DNA from: Amphiscolops sp. MND2022
Taxonomy: Eukaryota
DNA: 64,000 nucleotides
NCBI GenBank assembly: GCA_964187785.1
Contig: OZ076409.1
Location: 86,244,001 to 86,308,000, forward strand
Direction of reading: 5' to 3'
Notes under the pieces: generated by a model
Database searches by the model: none
Told to the model about the DNA's origin: nothing
The model's input: the letters and a program-made list of their open reading frames with translations, nothing else
Made by a program: the position numbers and the translations under genes
Part shown: piece after piece, positions 35,301 through 47,414 of the stretch
Layout: each line of letters opens with the position of its first letter
How positions within the stretch are numbered: position 1 is the first letter of the stretch

Positions 35301-37043
35301 CGATAGCCAGCTCGTATGGTGTTAATAGTTTTCCATCTTTACCTCTGACTTGAGGAATTCGAGTGTTCGTACAGGGGTCGAGTTTGTACAGGTACTCATA
35401 CCTCCATCGTTGATCTTTTCGGAGGTGTTTCTCTGTCGAATGGTGTCTCAGAATCTCTCGGGCCCCTTTGGAATAGATGGAGATATTAGCCTTGCAAATC
35501 TGGCAGTAAAATTTGTATTTATTCCACTTCGGGTCTACAGGGCCAGAAACAAAAGTCCTTGTCCATTCCATTCCGCGGAAGTACACTTCTTTCATGACTT
35601 TGCAAGTCCTTGTGGTCTTCACACGTGCAGAAGTGCCCCTACCAGACTGCCCTTTCCCTTTAGTTTTTGTAAACCGTTTCTTCTGTTGTCGATCTGCAAC
35701 TGCTTCTTTCTTTAGTGCAGCAAGCGTCTGTAGTCCAGGACTGTCCAAGTTGAAAGTAGTCTGGGGGGACTGCGGGTCCGTTCGGCTAGACCCAGGTATC
35801 GGCTCAGATGGGGACTGCCCAATTTGCATTTCAGCGTCAGAATGCTCGAAAGAATATCCAAGGCTTCCGAAGTCATCGTTACTTTGCAATGCCCCACTGG
35901 TTTCGCTATACCTCTCGGTGGAAGAGGAACGATTTCTTCCTGCACTAGTAACAACAAAGAAGCCTCTTCTGGAAGAACTTCCCTTGCTGGAGTTGGTACC
36001 CCCGGGCCTGGAGGCAAGAGACAATCGGCTGGCTCGATAAACAAGATTTTCGAGCATATCATACGACGCCCTAGCGGTCTCATCTGCTACCGCTCGCATG
36101 ACAGCTGAGATTTGACTTTCAGTGAAGGCAACGACTGGATGCCCAGGTGGGAGACGGAATCGTTCACTGTTTTCAAAGTGTTCCTTGATCAGAGCTCGGC
36201 TTCTTCCGCCCAAGGGGACGTCTCTGGGTTCGCGTGGAGGGTCGAAAGGGATGCTACACTGGATTGATCACTGCACACAGGGAGGCTGCAGTCATGAACA
36301 GTCTTCAATGCGTCAGCTAGAGTTGAGCCAGCGTTTGGTCCGGACTCAGAGTCTGATGCTCGGTCAACTTCGGACCCACTTTGGTCCCCAAAGAGGGGTG
36401 GAGGTGGTAAAGGTCTGTTTGATGATGGAACTCCAGTCTGACCTGAGGTAGTGGCCACTAAGTCTCTAGGCGCTGGTTCAGTTCCGACTGAGGAACAAGA
36501 ATCGGAAAGAGAACTCCGGGATCGTTTAGATGAAGGCCCAACTAGTCCTGTTTGTGAGCCATGAGTCTGAGAATCTGGAGGGTCAAAGAGTATGACCTGT
36601 AGTCGACGGGAAGACTGAATTTGTCCAGATGAGGACTGTTCGGGGTTAACGGTAACTTCCATGGCTTCGCTAATGCTTTCACGCTGGGCAGCTTCAGTGA
36701 CTTCAGCAAAATCTTTTGCCGCAGCTTCCTCCAATTGACTCATTTTACAGGTGATGTAAGTCCCGCAACTTTCAGTAGACCCGCTGCTGTCTGTGGCTAG
36801 AAACCTGGAAATCAGGGTAGGGCTAGGGGATTGCTATAGCTGTTCGGTCCTTTGGTCCTCTGGCTCAGCTTGCAGCACGGATTGCTCATCAGATACTATT
36901 AGATTGGTCTCCATAGCAGCAGTTTGGTCGGAATTATCCTCAGCATCGATGACTTTGAGATCTTGTGTCGGTTGGCCGTTCTTTTCTTCGCCTAATTGGA
37001 AAGAAATAAATTTACGCGGTTGACTTCCTGAATATGAATCCAT
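29400..37043 (-). pseudogene. Spliced antisense gene for a ~1,280-aa BED-zinc-finger, hAT-transposase-like protein (4 exons), partly tandem-duplicated and frameshifted
   Basis: ATG 37043. Upstream copy: exons 37043-35044, 34905-34421, 34353-34219, 34026-33361 (truncated). Downstream copy: 33360-31628, 31489-31014, 30945-30811, 30618-29400 (TGA). Three GT-AG phase-0 introns. Motifs FYCQICKANISIYSKGAREILRHHSTEKH, LVFVRFW, LCQELLKHWPQVIAYL, RPHLRRIFRLSCLCL. Confidence 0.75.
29953..36776. repeat. Tandem duplication of 3.4 kb (29953-33360 and 33361-36776)
   Basis: Near-identical copies; junction ...ACTTTCAGT/CAGGATGG with GT microhomology. Confidence 0.95.
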
Positions 37044-38229
37044 TTTGCCGCATTTTGAAAATCTTCCGGAAGTAAGTTGGAATCAATGTTTCAATATGAA
37101 AACATTTCACGATGGAGGAAGTAACTTAAGTCGAAGCAGAACCCTGATCAAGTTTATGCCTAGACAAATTAAAGAACCAACCTGATGTCATCTCCATTTT
37201 TTAGAGGCAGAATTTGAGGGCACAAGTGACCGCTAGCCCTTTTGGGGATAGATGGGTATCTTCGATAGCCTGCTTCTGGGCTTATAATCCACAGAAAGTA
37301 CTGTAGTCGATTGGACCGAAGGACGACAGTAATTAAGGCAATTCAAAATTCAATTGATAATCCAATTCAAATGTGGAATTGCGTGATGAAAACAGTAAAC
37401 TGTTAGAGGCTTTGCGGGGTACTGTACGTCAAACACAGACTATATGTATGTAATATTTATGACACTACTAAAATATTCCAACCTGACTGATTTACTCAAC
37501 TAGTCTACCAAACTGATAATCCTGAAACATTTATATTACACTTTGTACAGGATGTCGTGGCTAAAATCTTTTTCTTTGAATCCAATTACACTGATCATCA
37601 TCTAATATAAACCTTTCATGTTTGTGACCTGCCAGCAACATTCATGATACCATACATAATTTACCATATGGTAATATTACCATCTTAAACATCTTGATCA
37701 TTATTCAGTCATCTTCATTTTCATTCTCATTATTACTGTAATTACTTAATTCTTCATTAAACGTGTCTAATTGGTCAATTCATTGACTCTAGCCGTTTGG
37801 ACCGGCGGTCTTCAACTGCAATAATTATGGCCATCTTATTGGCTGACGTCTTAGCTGAAGCCGCCTAGACCGGTGGTCTTTGATGGCGATTATTATTTAT
37901 CAATTAGTTAGACAAGTTAACGCTCTCATTGACAGTTGTTAGGAGACTAGCTGTTAAACAAACAAGATGAGAGGTACTTATAGACTAATAAACGAGCCCC
38001 TCAACCAATTGATGATGTTTATCAACCTTCTACCCTCACTTAAAAGAAAGAGTTTAGGAATATTTAAGGAATATACGACCCAGTTTCCCCGCGAAATCGC
38101 TTCCCGCCAATCCGGGGAAGACTCAGGGTCCATTGGACTAGAAAAATCATTCTACTCATTTTCAAGACACAAATTAGGTGATTCAACAAAATTGCTAAGA
38201 AAATCTTTCTTTCACACTACTGCAATAAA

Positions 38230-39057
38230 ATGTCACTCCAATTTGATGTGGAGGAATTCATCCGACCCTTGGTCAGCGCCCTATATGAGTCTTCTGATGA
38301 AGACATGGAGATCGATTCGGTATCCACAACTGTAGTTAACCGAAGTCTGGACGACGACAGTGACATAGAAGTACTTGCATGCTTTAGAGAGGCACCAATT
38401 TACACTCCCCAGCTAACGGCCGGTAGGGCTATGACTTTCGACCTACCAACTGGTGGAGAAGATCAAGACTACCTACAATGTGGCCCATCAGGATCGATTG
38501 GCTCAACCTTTGACCCTTCGGATAGCCTAATAGATTGAGTAATTGGTAGCCCACCTTTGCAGACTTATGCGTACGGAGACCCGAATCACCGTATGGCGAA
38601 TTGTAGCCGGATCGATCCAATTCCTTACTCGCCGATGGCGCCCCCATTAGCTGATCAGGGACCGACTCATAGTCAATACCATACTCAGCGGCAGGCAGAA
38701 CAAGATAATGAAATTACTTGGGTGTCAAATCAACACATCACTGGATTGGCGATCAGTACTAGCAAACTTTGCGGAGAAGCAAATTACGTCCAGCATGGCG
38801 ATTGTATTGTGTGTGGAAAGTCCTACGCTATGATCCAAGAGGAAATGACGCTAGGATGTTAGGAACAGACCCACGTACCTGGCGAAACTTATGCTCAACG
38901 GATAAGACGCCGGTACGACTTTGAAGCAGGAATGAGAGCAGCAAGTGTGATTTTAGTCTCAGGGGGAGTGTCGCAAGCTGCGGCCTGTGATGGAATATTC
39001 TATCAGATACCAAGAAATGGCGCTCTTAACCCTCCACCAGGGGTATTACCAATCTAA
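38230..39057 (+). pseudogene. Extra sense ORF (~275 codons, two in-frame stops) of unknown function, reading through the PPT into the 3' LTR
   Basis: ORFs 38230-38538 and 38557-38862 share a frame that stays open to TAA 39055-39057; acidic N-terminus, HGDCIVC motif. Confidence 0.6.
38961..38968 (+). promoter_or_regulatory. Polypurine tract AGGGGGAG
   Basis: Immediately precedes the TG of the 3' LTR. Confidence 0.85.
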
Positions 39058-40673
39058 TCAACAATGGACCATGAGTACGAACGCCTACAAACAATATATG
39101 TTACTGTTGCATTGTAATTAACTTCACACATATTCGACCTTAAGTCGATTTGGCTACAACAAACTTTTGTATTAATTAAACGGATTACTAGTCACTTTTA
39201 ATATGTTTTATTATTAGTTTTACCTGTGTTTGAAATACTTGTCGAGGATTGGCAAATTGTTGTAATGTTAGAATATAAAAGGTGCTGTAATTTAATACTT
39301 GAATTGAAACGCACAAGTAAGCAGGTTACAGGAAACGAGTTCGAATGAGCGTTTTCTGTAGCTTGCTGTACGCGGCGTCGTCCAATACATTGACCAATCA
39401 CAGCGCTGTATTTATGTACATCTAGTGTAGACGCACGGACCGGTGGTCAGCCTTAATATTGTTTGCTGTTGCCATTAAACTGCTGTGCTTAGTGCTGTAG
39501 ACGCATGGACCGGTGGTCCGCTATAGTGCTTTTGATTTAAATTGGTACTTACAAATAGAATAAAGTGTTTAGACGTGATTTAGATCCAATTTAGTGTTGT
39601 TTGTCAATACATTACCAGTCTACTTGACTGGATGTCATGTGATATTTAAACGATCATGTATTTTACATAGCATTCAAACATGCACTTATATACTTGTAAT
39701 ATCTTCATAAATAGACCCTGAGGCGAGGCCGCCTCACCTATTAACCTGGCTTTGATGCTACTTTTAACCATAAATGATGCAATATTGACGTCATCCCGTG
39801 GGTCTATTTCGGGAATGAATCATCTATTAATAGTAACATGACAGCCTAAATTACTGGTGTCATGCAGTGCAAAGTATATATACCCGGGACCTTCAGTCCG
39901 AGGGACCACAATAATTGATTTCGATACAACCTGCAATACACTCACTCCACTGATTTGTTACAATATTTTGCTTGCGTTCTGTTGTTTGAAATAGTTTTCA
40001 ATTGACTATTTGAAAATATCAGATTTCTCCATGCCTTCAACCAGAAAGCAGAAAGACAAAGAAAGGCGTTTTAGGCAATTGGACATCATGTCTGATGTAG
40101 AAATGGTTGACATAATGCTTGGAAGTTATGATAGGGATGATGAAAGAGCAGAGCAAAGCGAAAGTGAACTTAATTTGGACTCAGGGTCCAATAGACTGCA
40201 CCAAAATTCAAACATGGTGGGAGAAGACTTTAGGTCTTTGCTCAATACTAATAGTAGAGAGAATAGCGAAGTTACCATAGAAACCACTAGATTGATCAAT
40301 GAAGAAATTTCCAATCAAATGTCAAGGAGACTGAATGAAATTAAGTCTAGTTTAAATTCCCAAATACAAAACGCAATATCAGTTGCAATAGCTGATACTG
40401 TGCTCCTTTCCATTCAGAATACGCTGGAAATGCAGGGGAGAACGAATTTTGCTATGGTGGACCGAGAGTCCAACGGACTACACCCTAACCCGAAAGCAGG
40501 TAATTTCACCAAAGAGGACCAAAGGTCCAATGGGCTACAATGGAACTCAGGAGCAGAAAATCCGCTGAAAACATGGGGAAATCGCCCCAAAATGGGTTTT
40601 ACACACGAAAGCAATAGACTAAGGTCTAGAGAAAGTTCGGTAGAATCTTGTGCGAATGAACAAAATCGCGACA
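38969..40673 (+). repeat. 3' LTR of the large element (contains a truncated gag N-terminus from ATG 40031)
   Basis: Matches 16694-18398; followed by CTATT. Confidence 0.95.
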
Positions 40674-41989
40674 CTATTAATGAAGAAAATAACATATCAT
40701 CCCAGCAAGGTGAAATCGGGCATGTAGGCATATGCAAATATATAAACACTGTTCAACACTGTCTCAAAATCTAAGAATACTCCAAAATGACAGGAAAACT
40801 CCAGCATGTCGTGAAAAGTTCAGCATGCCGGCAACACTCCAGCATGCCGCAAATTTCCAGCAATATGGAAAAATCATATTGCCGAATACTGGAATGGAGA
40901 AAAAATGGTGGTTATGGAAATGAAAAAAAAAACATTCAACTTCTAAATTTTGCAAATTAAAATGACTTCTGCTTTTGTAATTTGAAGCCAAAAAATAGAC
41001 ACTACAACTGCACTTTCCCAACCCACAGAAGGCACAACACAATTGCAGTGTTTTCGGTCTCCTTATAATACAACAACTCTCATAATTATTTCTGTGCAAC
41101 TATTGATTCCATAAAAGGTCGTAGAATATGTTATCGTGCCTCCAAAAAAGTTACATGAAAAATTTTTTGCTTTCAAAGCAGCGTAGAACAACTCCTTTAA
41201 AGTTCTGGAATTTCTTACAGAGAAAATATTTCACAATTGATGACTTTCAGATTAAAATGTGTCTCCTGAGACGTTTCAGGCATTCCGAAAACAATTCGAT
41301 AAAATTTGATAAAACAAAACGGGAACGACCCAAGTAAAAGTACATACGGAGACCTTGGCTCGAAAAAGTTTTCACAGCTCAAATTAGGAAAACATTTGGA
41401 AAATCTTTATTTCAGAACAAAGTCACACGGTTCCGGATAATAACACTCAAGTTCTTTTCAGTTCCAATACGTATGGGAAAAACGAATGGAGTGTTTGCAG
41501 AATTTTAGGTTACTTCGAGGTAACTGAGGTAAATGAGATAAGTGTACTTGCACATGAGTGTTTTTGGAGCCTCAGCGTGACTTGTTTTTGGTCTTGTGGA
41601 ACTGATGAAAGTTTTCTCAAGAATTACGAAAATTTTCTCCTTTTCACTAGAGGCTCGCTGCTTTGGGTTTTTCAATGCTTTCAGTTTAGAAAACGAGGTC
41701 CTGACGGGTCACACATATGAGCCTTTTCGTTTTTGTGCTATTTGTTGGTCTGTGAAGTTGATGACAATTTTGTCAATATTTTTCTTTAGCCTATTCAAAA
41801 AGAGTGCTTTTTTGAGCTTCAGGCAGGGTACTGACTTTTTTTCCAAAACGAACCAATATAAAATCAGACGAATGACGTTTTTCTGATTAGGATTTGGCAA
41901 CAAGAAGGCAGTCGGAAAACTCATTCTGCAATTGCAAACTTTAGGTCTGCAGCCGTATTTCCAGTTGAGGTTTCTCCGTTGATTTCAAT

Positions 41990-44900
41990 TTTTAAAAGAG
42001 ACGCGCGCTGAGCAGCGAGATATTTTCCGCCCCAATCTGTTCTACAACTAAATAAATTTGAGGCTCAAGAACAGCCAACGCATCATGAAAACGCAAAGAA
42101 GTTCAAAGAAAAGAAAACTTTCATTCATCGTACCCATCTTAAAGGGAACCCCTAAATTTAATTTCTGCGATAGTTGGCCACTTTTCGCTTTTCGACACTA
42201 TGCGACTTACCGAGAAAACAGAAAATTTTCAATAACTTCTTTGAAAATAATTTTCGAAAAACTTTTTTCGCAATTTTACATTTTTGAGGTTATCTGTAAC
42301 CGAAATAGGTTTCCCGAGTCATGATGGTGGCTTCTTTGTTACTTTTGATCATATAGAACTGACGAGGTTTCTTCTTGATTGTGGAAATTACCTCATTTCA
42401 ATTTTTGAGTCTGTGCGTCTTTCTGAAACCTTCAATTGGTCAAAGACTACAACCTTGTTTTCATAGCTGATTTCGGCTTGAGAAAAGTAGTTTTGCAGGC
42501 TGAAGCTCGCTCTGCCATCATAAAACTTTACCGGAAAAAAATTCAAAATTTTTTGTGATTTCAATTGGGCAAAAAGATGTTTCCTAGTCACAGGCATGTT
42601 TCTTCAAGTACTTTTTGGCACTGAGAAAGTGGTAACAGCTTGAAACTAGGTCCTTTGCAAAGTTAGGAAAGCTGAGAGATCCCGGTTTGTTATATTGTTG
42701 CACATAGGTTCACCACAAGTGTCAAAAATTGGAAAAGGTTTTGACAACATTGGGGTCCATTTGAGGAACTATTCTAACATGAATCTCCAGATTTCTCTTC
42801 AAAATTAAGCCTACTAGACACCGAGTTCAGCTGTTAATGAATGTTTACACCATTCTAACCCACGAGGAAGCTCGAAACATTTTCCTTTGGAAGGTGTACT
42901 CCATATCTAGTGCTTTTGCTTAAAGGTTTTTGAATGTTAAACTTTGGATAAACGAGGTCGAACTTTACGTTTCCAAGTAAAGTTTTTGGAAATTGGGAAA
43001 CTAAACATACCTGGTATCTTTTTGAAACACCACCGGTACCTACATGTTTCAATCCTCTGCCTATAGTATTTCTGATGGAAGTGAATTATCGGAAAGGGTC
43101 CAAAAGTGGGATTATGTTGTCGAAAAGAAAAGTTCGGAAACTTTGACACCTTTGTTGTAAACTCGATGACCTTCATCCCACTTTTTCTCCAACTGCGTTT
43201 TGAATGTTTTATTGTTTCAACGCTCAGGTCATTGGAAGTTCTATTCTTCTAAAATATTCGTGGTTCCAACAAAAATTGGGATTGGTTTGTCAAACAACGT
43301 GCTTCTTTGTTGTTTCATGGATTTTTGGGTTTTTTAGGCGAAGTCTAACAAAAAATGCAGTTATATCTTCAAAATTGCCGACTGGAGATACCCGGATTAG
43401 TTGTTGTTGATTCTTTAAAATCATTTTATGCGAGGAAGTTGCTCAAAGTTTGTACAATAAACTGCCGAAAATTGTGAAAAAAACTTGAAAATTCTCAGTT
43501 TTTCAAATATTTGGGTCATTCTGACGAAACCATGATATAATTATTTTTTAAAAACGTGCTTTGGACCTAGTTTTATTATCTGAAGCTTTTTGAAGCTTTT
43601 ATTTTACCAAAACGTTTCAATCTCAAATGAATATTCAGTGGAAATGTCGGAAATCGACAAAAATTTCGACACTTTCGACACTTTCGACAACTTGCGGTCA
43701 CTTTTGAGTCATTTTGGAACCGAAGTCTGCAAATATTCCTTTAAAACCCTACTAGATTTTGAGTTCAGTATTTGTAGAACGTTTGCCAACATTCTGACTC
43801 CAAAATGATTCAAAAAAGTACATCAGTTTTTCGACACCTTTCTCGACTCCTTTGTAGTCATTCTGAAGTGTCTTTGAAGCAACACGCTGCAACGTTCTCT
43901 TCAAAAAACGTAAAACAAAGGTCGTTTGTTCGTTGTTGAGTTGATTGTACTTGATCTTAGAACGAAATCTCTCGGAAACTGTACAGTAATTGCATCAAAA
44001 ACGACAAAAACTTCAAACTTTTTGACAGTTCATGGTCAATTTGAGGCTTATTCTTTTACAAATTGAACTTATTACGTGACGAAGCTCACTGAAACAACAA
44101 GTTTGCCCATGTTTCTGGCATTTTAACAATCTAGTCCACGAAGTCTATCGATGTTTTTACAAAAACTGAACAAAAAAAGTAAATATCAAAAAATTTTCGA
44201 TATTTTGTCTGTTTTGATGTCAATTCCGGACAGTTTTCGATTGAAAAACTGAATTTATTATTTTTCTAAGCTTACTAGACAACTCATTCTTTCCTTGTTG
44301 ACGCTTTTCAACGTTCCAGTTTACGAAGTCTGTCCAAAATTTGGAGAAAAAACGCATAAAATGTTTGAAAATTGGAATATTTTGGAATTTTTGTCGTTTT
44401 CGGTGTCAATTGGAGACATTTTCATTTAGAAAAAAGGCAATAACGTCTTCGGAAAAAACTACTGAACAACCATTTTTAGACTACTGAACAACCTCGTTGA
44501 CTCTTAAAACCTTAAAATTCTCGAAGTCTCTCGAAACTTTAACAAAAAGGCATATAACTTTGAAAATTGAAAATTTTAGCTTTTTTTGTCATTTTCGGTG
44601 TTAATTTCAGACATTTTCGCTTGAAAAACTGCAATAAACTCTTCGGAAAAGCCCACTGGACAACACATTCTTTCCTTGTTGACCCTTTTCAACGGTCCAA
44701 TCCACAAAGTCCGTCAAAAATTCGGAAAAAAAGCATAAAATCTTTGAAAATTGGAAAATTTTGGGATTTTTTTTTCGTTTTTGGGGTCAATTTGAGATTT
44801 TTTCATTGGGAAAACAGAAATTTTCTCTTCGAAAAACTCTACTTGACAACAAATTCGTGCCTTGTTGAATCTTTCCAACATTCCAATCTTTGATATCTAT

Positions 44901-45175
44901 CGAAATTTTGACAAAAATTGCATAAAAACATAAAATATTGTAAATTTTTGCAGTTTTTACTATTTTTGGTGTCATTTTTGGGTCATTCTGGGATCTCTGG
45001 GGTCAACTAGAAAAGTCCAGAAATCTCCACAATTACAAATCGCACGAAGCTAAATTCATGTGAGTTGAATTCTGTCGGTAATACCCTTAGAGTTAAATAT
45101 AAATTTGGTGCTTGGCAAATTTTGAAAAAACAACCGTTGGATTTAAATATTTTCCTTTCCCATATGAAAATAACA
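41990..45175 (-). repeat. Diverged inverted copy of the AT-rich repeat at 4380-7860
   Basis: Multiple collinear reverse-complement matches, including the ~180-bp subrepeats. Confidence 0.75.
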
Positions 45176-46261
45176 AATGATGTTTGACACTGCTCGAATT
45201 TTTCTAAAGGAGTCTGGTAACAGTACACAAAAAATATCACAGTGCCACTGCTCCTATGCTATTAGTTTATCATTCGCTATGAAATGTAGAGATGGAAAAT
45301 AATTAATTGGGCTGAGAGAAAATTTGAAGGTCGTTCTTAATTATCCATCAAGTTATAGAATTATTATTTTTAGGTGTACGCCCTGAGTTCTACTAAGATT
45401 CTCTTAGGATTATCTAGGAAACTCAAATGGTTTCTGTGATTTCCCATATAGAATATACGCTGATTTGCGCAAGAAAAGTAAACCTTGTTCACAGCCCCAA
45501 TTCAAATGCTGATTGCTTCGAAATTATTTCCATTCAGACTAAAACTGAGTTATGAAACATTTATTTCTGAACGCTTTTGGGCAGAATCAAAATGTTACAA
45601 AATTTCACGGAAACTTCCCCGCCAAAAAGAAGAATTTTGAAAGTTTTTTCTCGAACTGTTGAATAAAGAAAATAGAGGTTCTTACCTGCATTAAACTGCC
45701 AATCAACGGCTCCCTTTTTATAATTTAGAAAGAGCCTCTCAAAAACATTACTTAGAAGTAGCTAACAAAAACATCAATTCAGCAAAAAACGCTAAAATTC
45801 ACACCCTCATTTGTTCGTCAATTAATTATGTACCCTCGCTAACGTTTTAAAGAAAAATATCGAACTATTTTCTACGTCACAAGTCTTTCTTTTCCGTTGA
45901 AGCAAACAATAGTTTAGAAGCCTCTTCGTCTTTTTAGCCACTTACTTCCCAGGTGCAATCTTGAAGAATGTTGGTGTTTTGGAAATTCTAGAAAATTTGT
46001 TCCTTTTTCACAAAACGTTAATGCTAAGAATATTTGATACCTTTCAACTCGAAAATTATTTCCTAAATGTGAACAAGGTGCTCATGAAAGAGATTATCTC
46101 GATACTTTCGTTACTCTACGCTGCCAGCGCATCGATACACAGGACATTTTGAACAAGACGCCCGCTGAGCACCGGGATATTTTCCGCGACACGCTTATTG
46201 CAAAAAAAGTATGGCGAAGGAGAGGTTCGAACCCAAGACCTACTGGCTGAGAAAAAAATTC

Positions 46262-46335
46262 AAGCACCAGCACGGGCTCGAACCCTTGACCTCGTGTCTG
46301 CCAGGCAGACGCACTACCCACTGGGCCACGGTGAC
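46262..46335 (-). repeat. tRNA-derived (SINE-like) sequence with Pol III A and B boxes
   Basis: Minus strand reads GTCACCGTGGCCCAGTGGGTAGTGCGTCTGCCTGGCAGACACGAGGTCAAGGGTTCGAGCCC; acceptor stem does not pair; related copy at 61218. Confidence 0.6.
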
Positions 46336-47414
46336 TAAAATATGGAGTAATAAAGTGGAGTTTTGGCAGAATTTGTAAAAAAAACGCATCACAGATCATG
46401 ATTTTCCTCCCCCATTTATGTGGGCGGAAAATAATAAAAAAAAGCTGACACTGTTGAATAAAATTATCTTCTCATGAAACCAGAAATTTCAGTTTTCCGC
46501 ATGTTTTAAAGGGCTTGTTTAACCAGCATGTCACAAGTTTGAAGAATTATCTCAAAAATTATGGAAAAATTTCGTTTCAGAAAAGTCTCGAAAAGAGTTA
46601 AATTGAATTCAGAAGACACAGCAACAACTCTATTGAATACAACAAAATCTTCATACTTGCGACGATTCTAATTGGAACATTTTTGGAGGGAAATGTTGAA
46701 GATCTTCCACAAGTTTTTTTGCCACAAAGGTCAAAAAAAGGTTCAATCAGAAAACTTTATGCCAAATAGAACATTAAAAAATTGAAAGTCCCGAAAATTC
46801 ATTAAACCAATAATAAGCCCAAAGTCTATCAAGTTTTTTCAAAATGGTTTAAACTTCAAAATGGTTCAAATTTGCTAGTTTCAGCCATTATAATAGAAAA
46901 AATGGGACTTCAAGGTAACCATATATGATTTCTTTGCATGATACCACTCATTTACGTTAAAAAGTAAATTTGGGGGTTAAAGATTTTCAAATCAGTTTTT
47001 AAGATGTTCAAAGAATAGATCGTAATGTTCTGCTGATCAGAAATGTTTTTGTGCAACTGTGGAGCACCGTCAACGAATACCATTTGTAGCTTCAAACAGA
47101 TACTTTATCATCATTTCAGGTGATACTGAATCTTAAGTTTTTCACAAAATCTTTTTCAGTTTTAGTTGCAAAGTAAAATCAGCCAACAGTCTGAATAGAC
47201 TTCACCAACACTTCAAAAAGCGCACGCTGAATAAAATGCATGAAGCTTGTAGATTATATGTAACTCATAACTTAAAATACTTGCATGTACATTTGTTCAT
47301 GACACGAACAGTCCTGGCGCACCATGCGTTTTGATTGATGCGCCAGTTTTTGCTTTAGTTTCTTTAGTTATATAAATTTCAACTGGTACGGTTTAATAAT
47401 TATCTGGGCGGAAG

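Larger units (their letters stand above)
16694..40673 (+). mobile_element. Large Ty3/Gypsy LTR retrotransposon (23,980 bp; ~15.8 kb without its two internal tandem duplications) with accessory ORFs; 5-bp TSD CTATT
   Basis: Two near-identical 1705-bp LTRs; CTATT at 16689-16693 and 40674-40678; PBS, PPT and gag-PR-RT-RH-IN order. Confidence 0.95.

Noticed and set aside
29400..37043. Independent autonomous hAT transposon nested in the retroelement
   Set aside because: No TIRs or 8-bp TSD found by eye, catalytic motif looks lost, and the gene is tightly packed against pol; not fully excluded without other copies
38230..39057. env gene
   Set aside because: Position fits, but it is short and acidic with no signal peptide, furin site or clear transmembrane segment
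40010..40774. Independent host gene (254 aa)
   Set aside because: It is the LTR-encoded gag N-terminus in the 3' LTR running into flanking DNA
46262..46335. Functional tRNA gene
   Set aside because: A/B boxes are present but the acceptor stem does not pair, the anticodon arm is abnormal, and a deleted copy with shared flank exists at 61218
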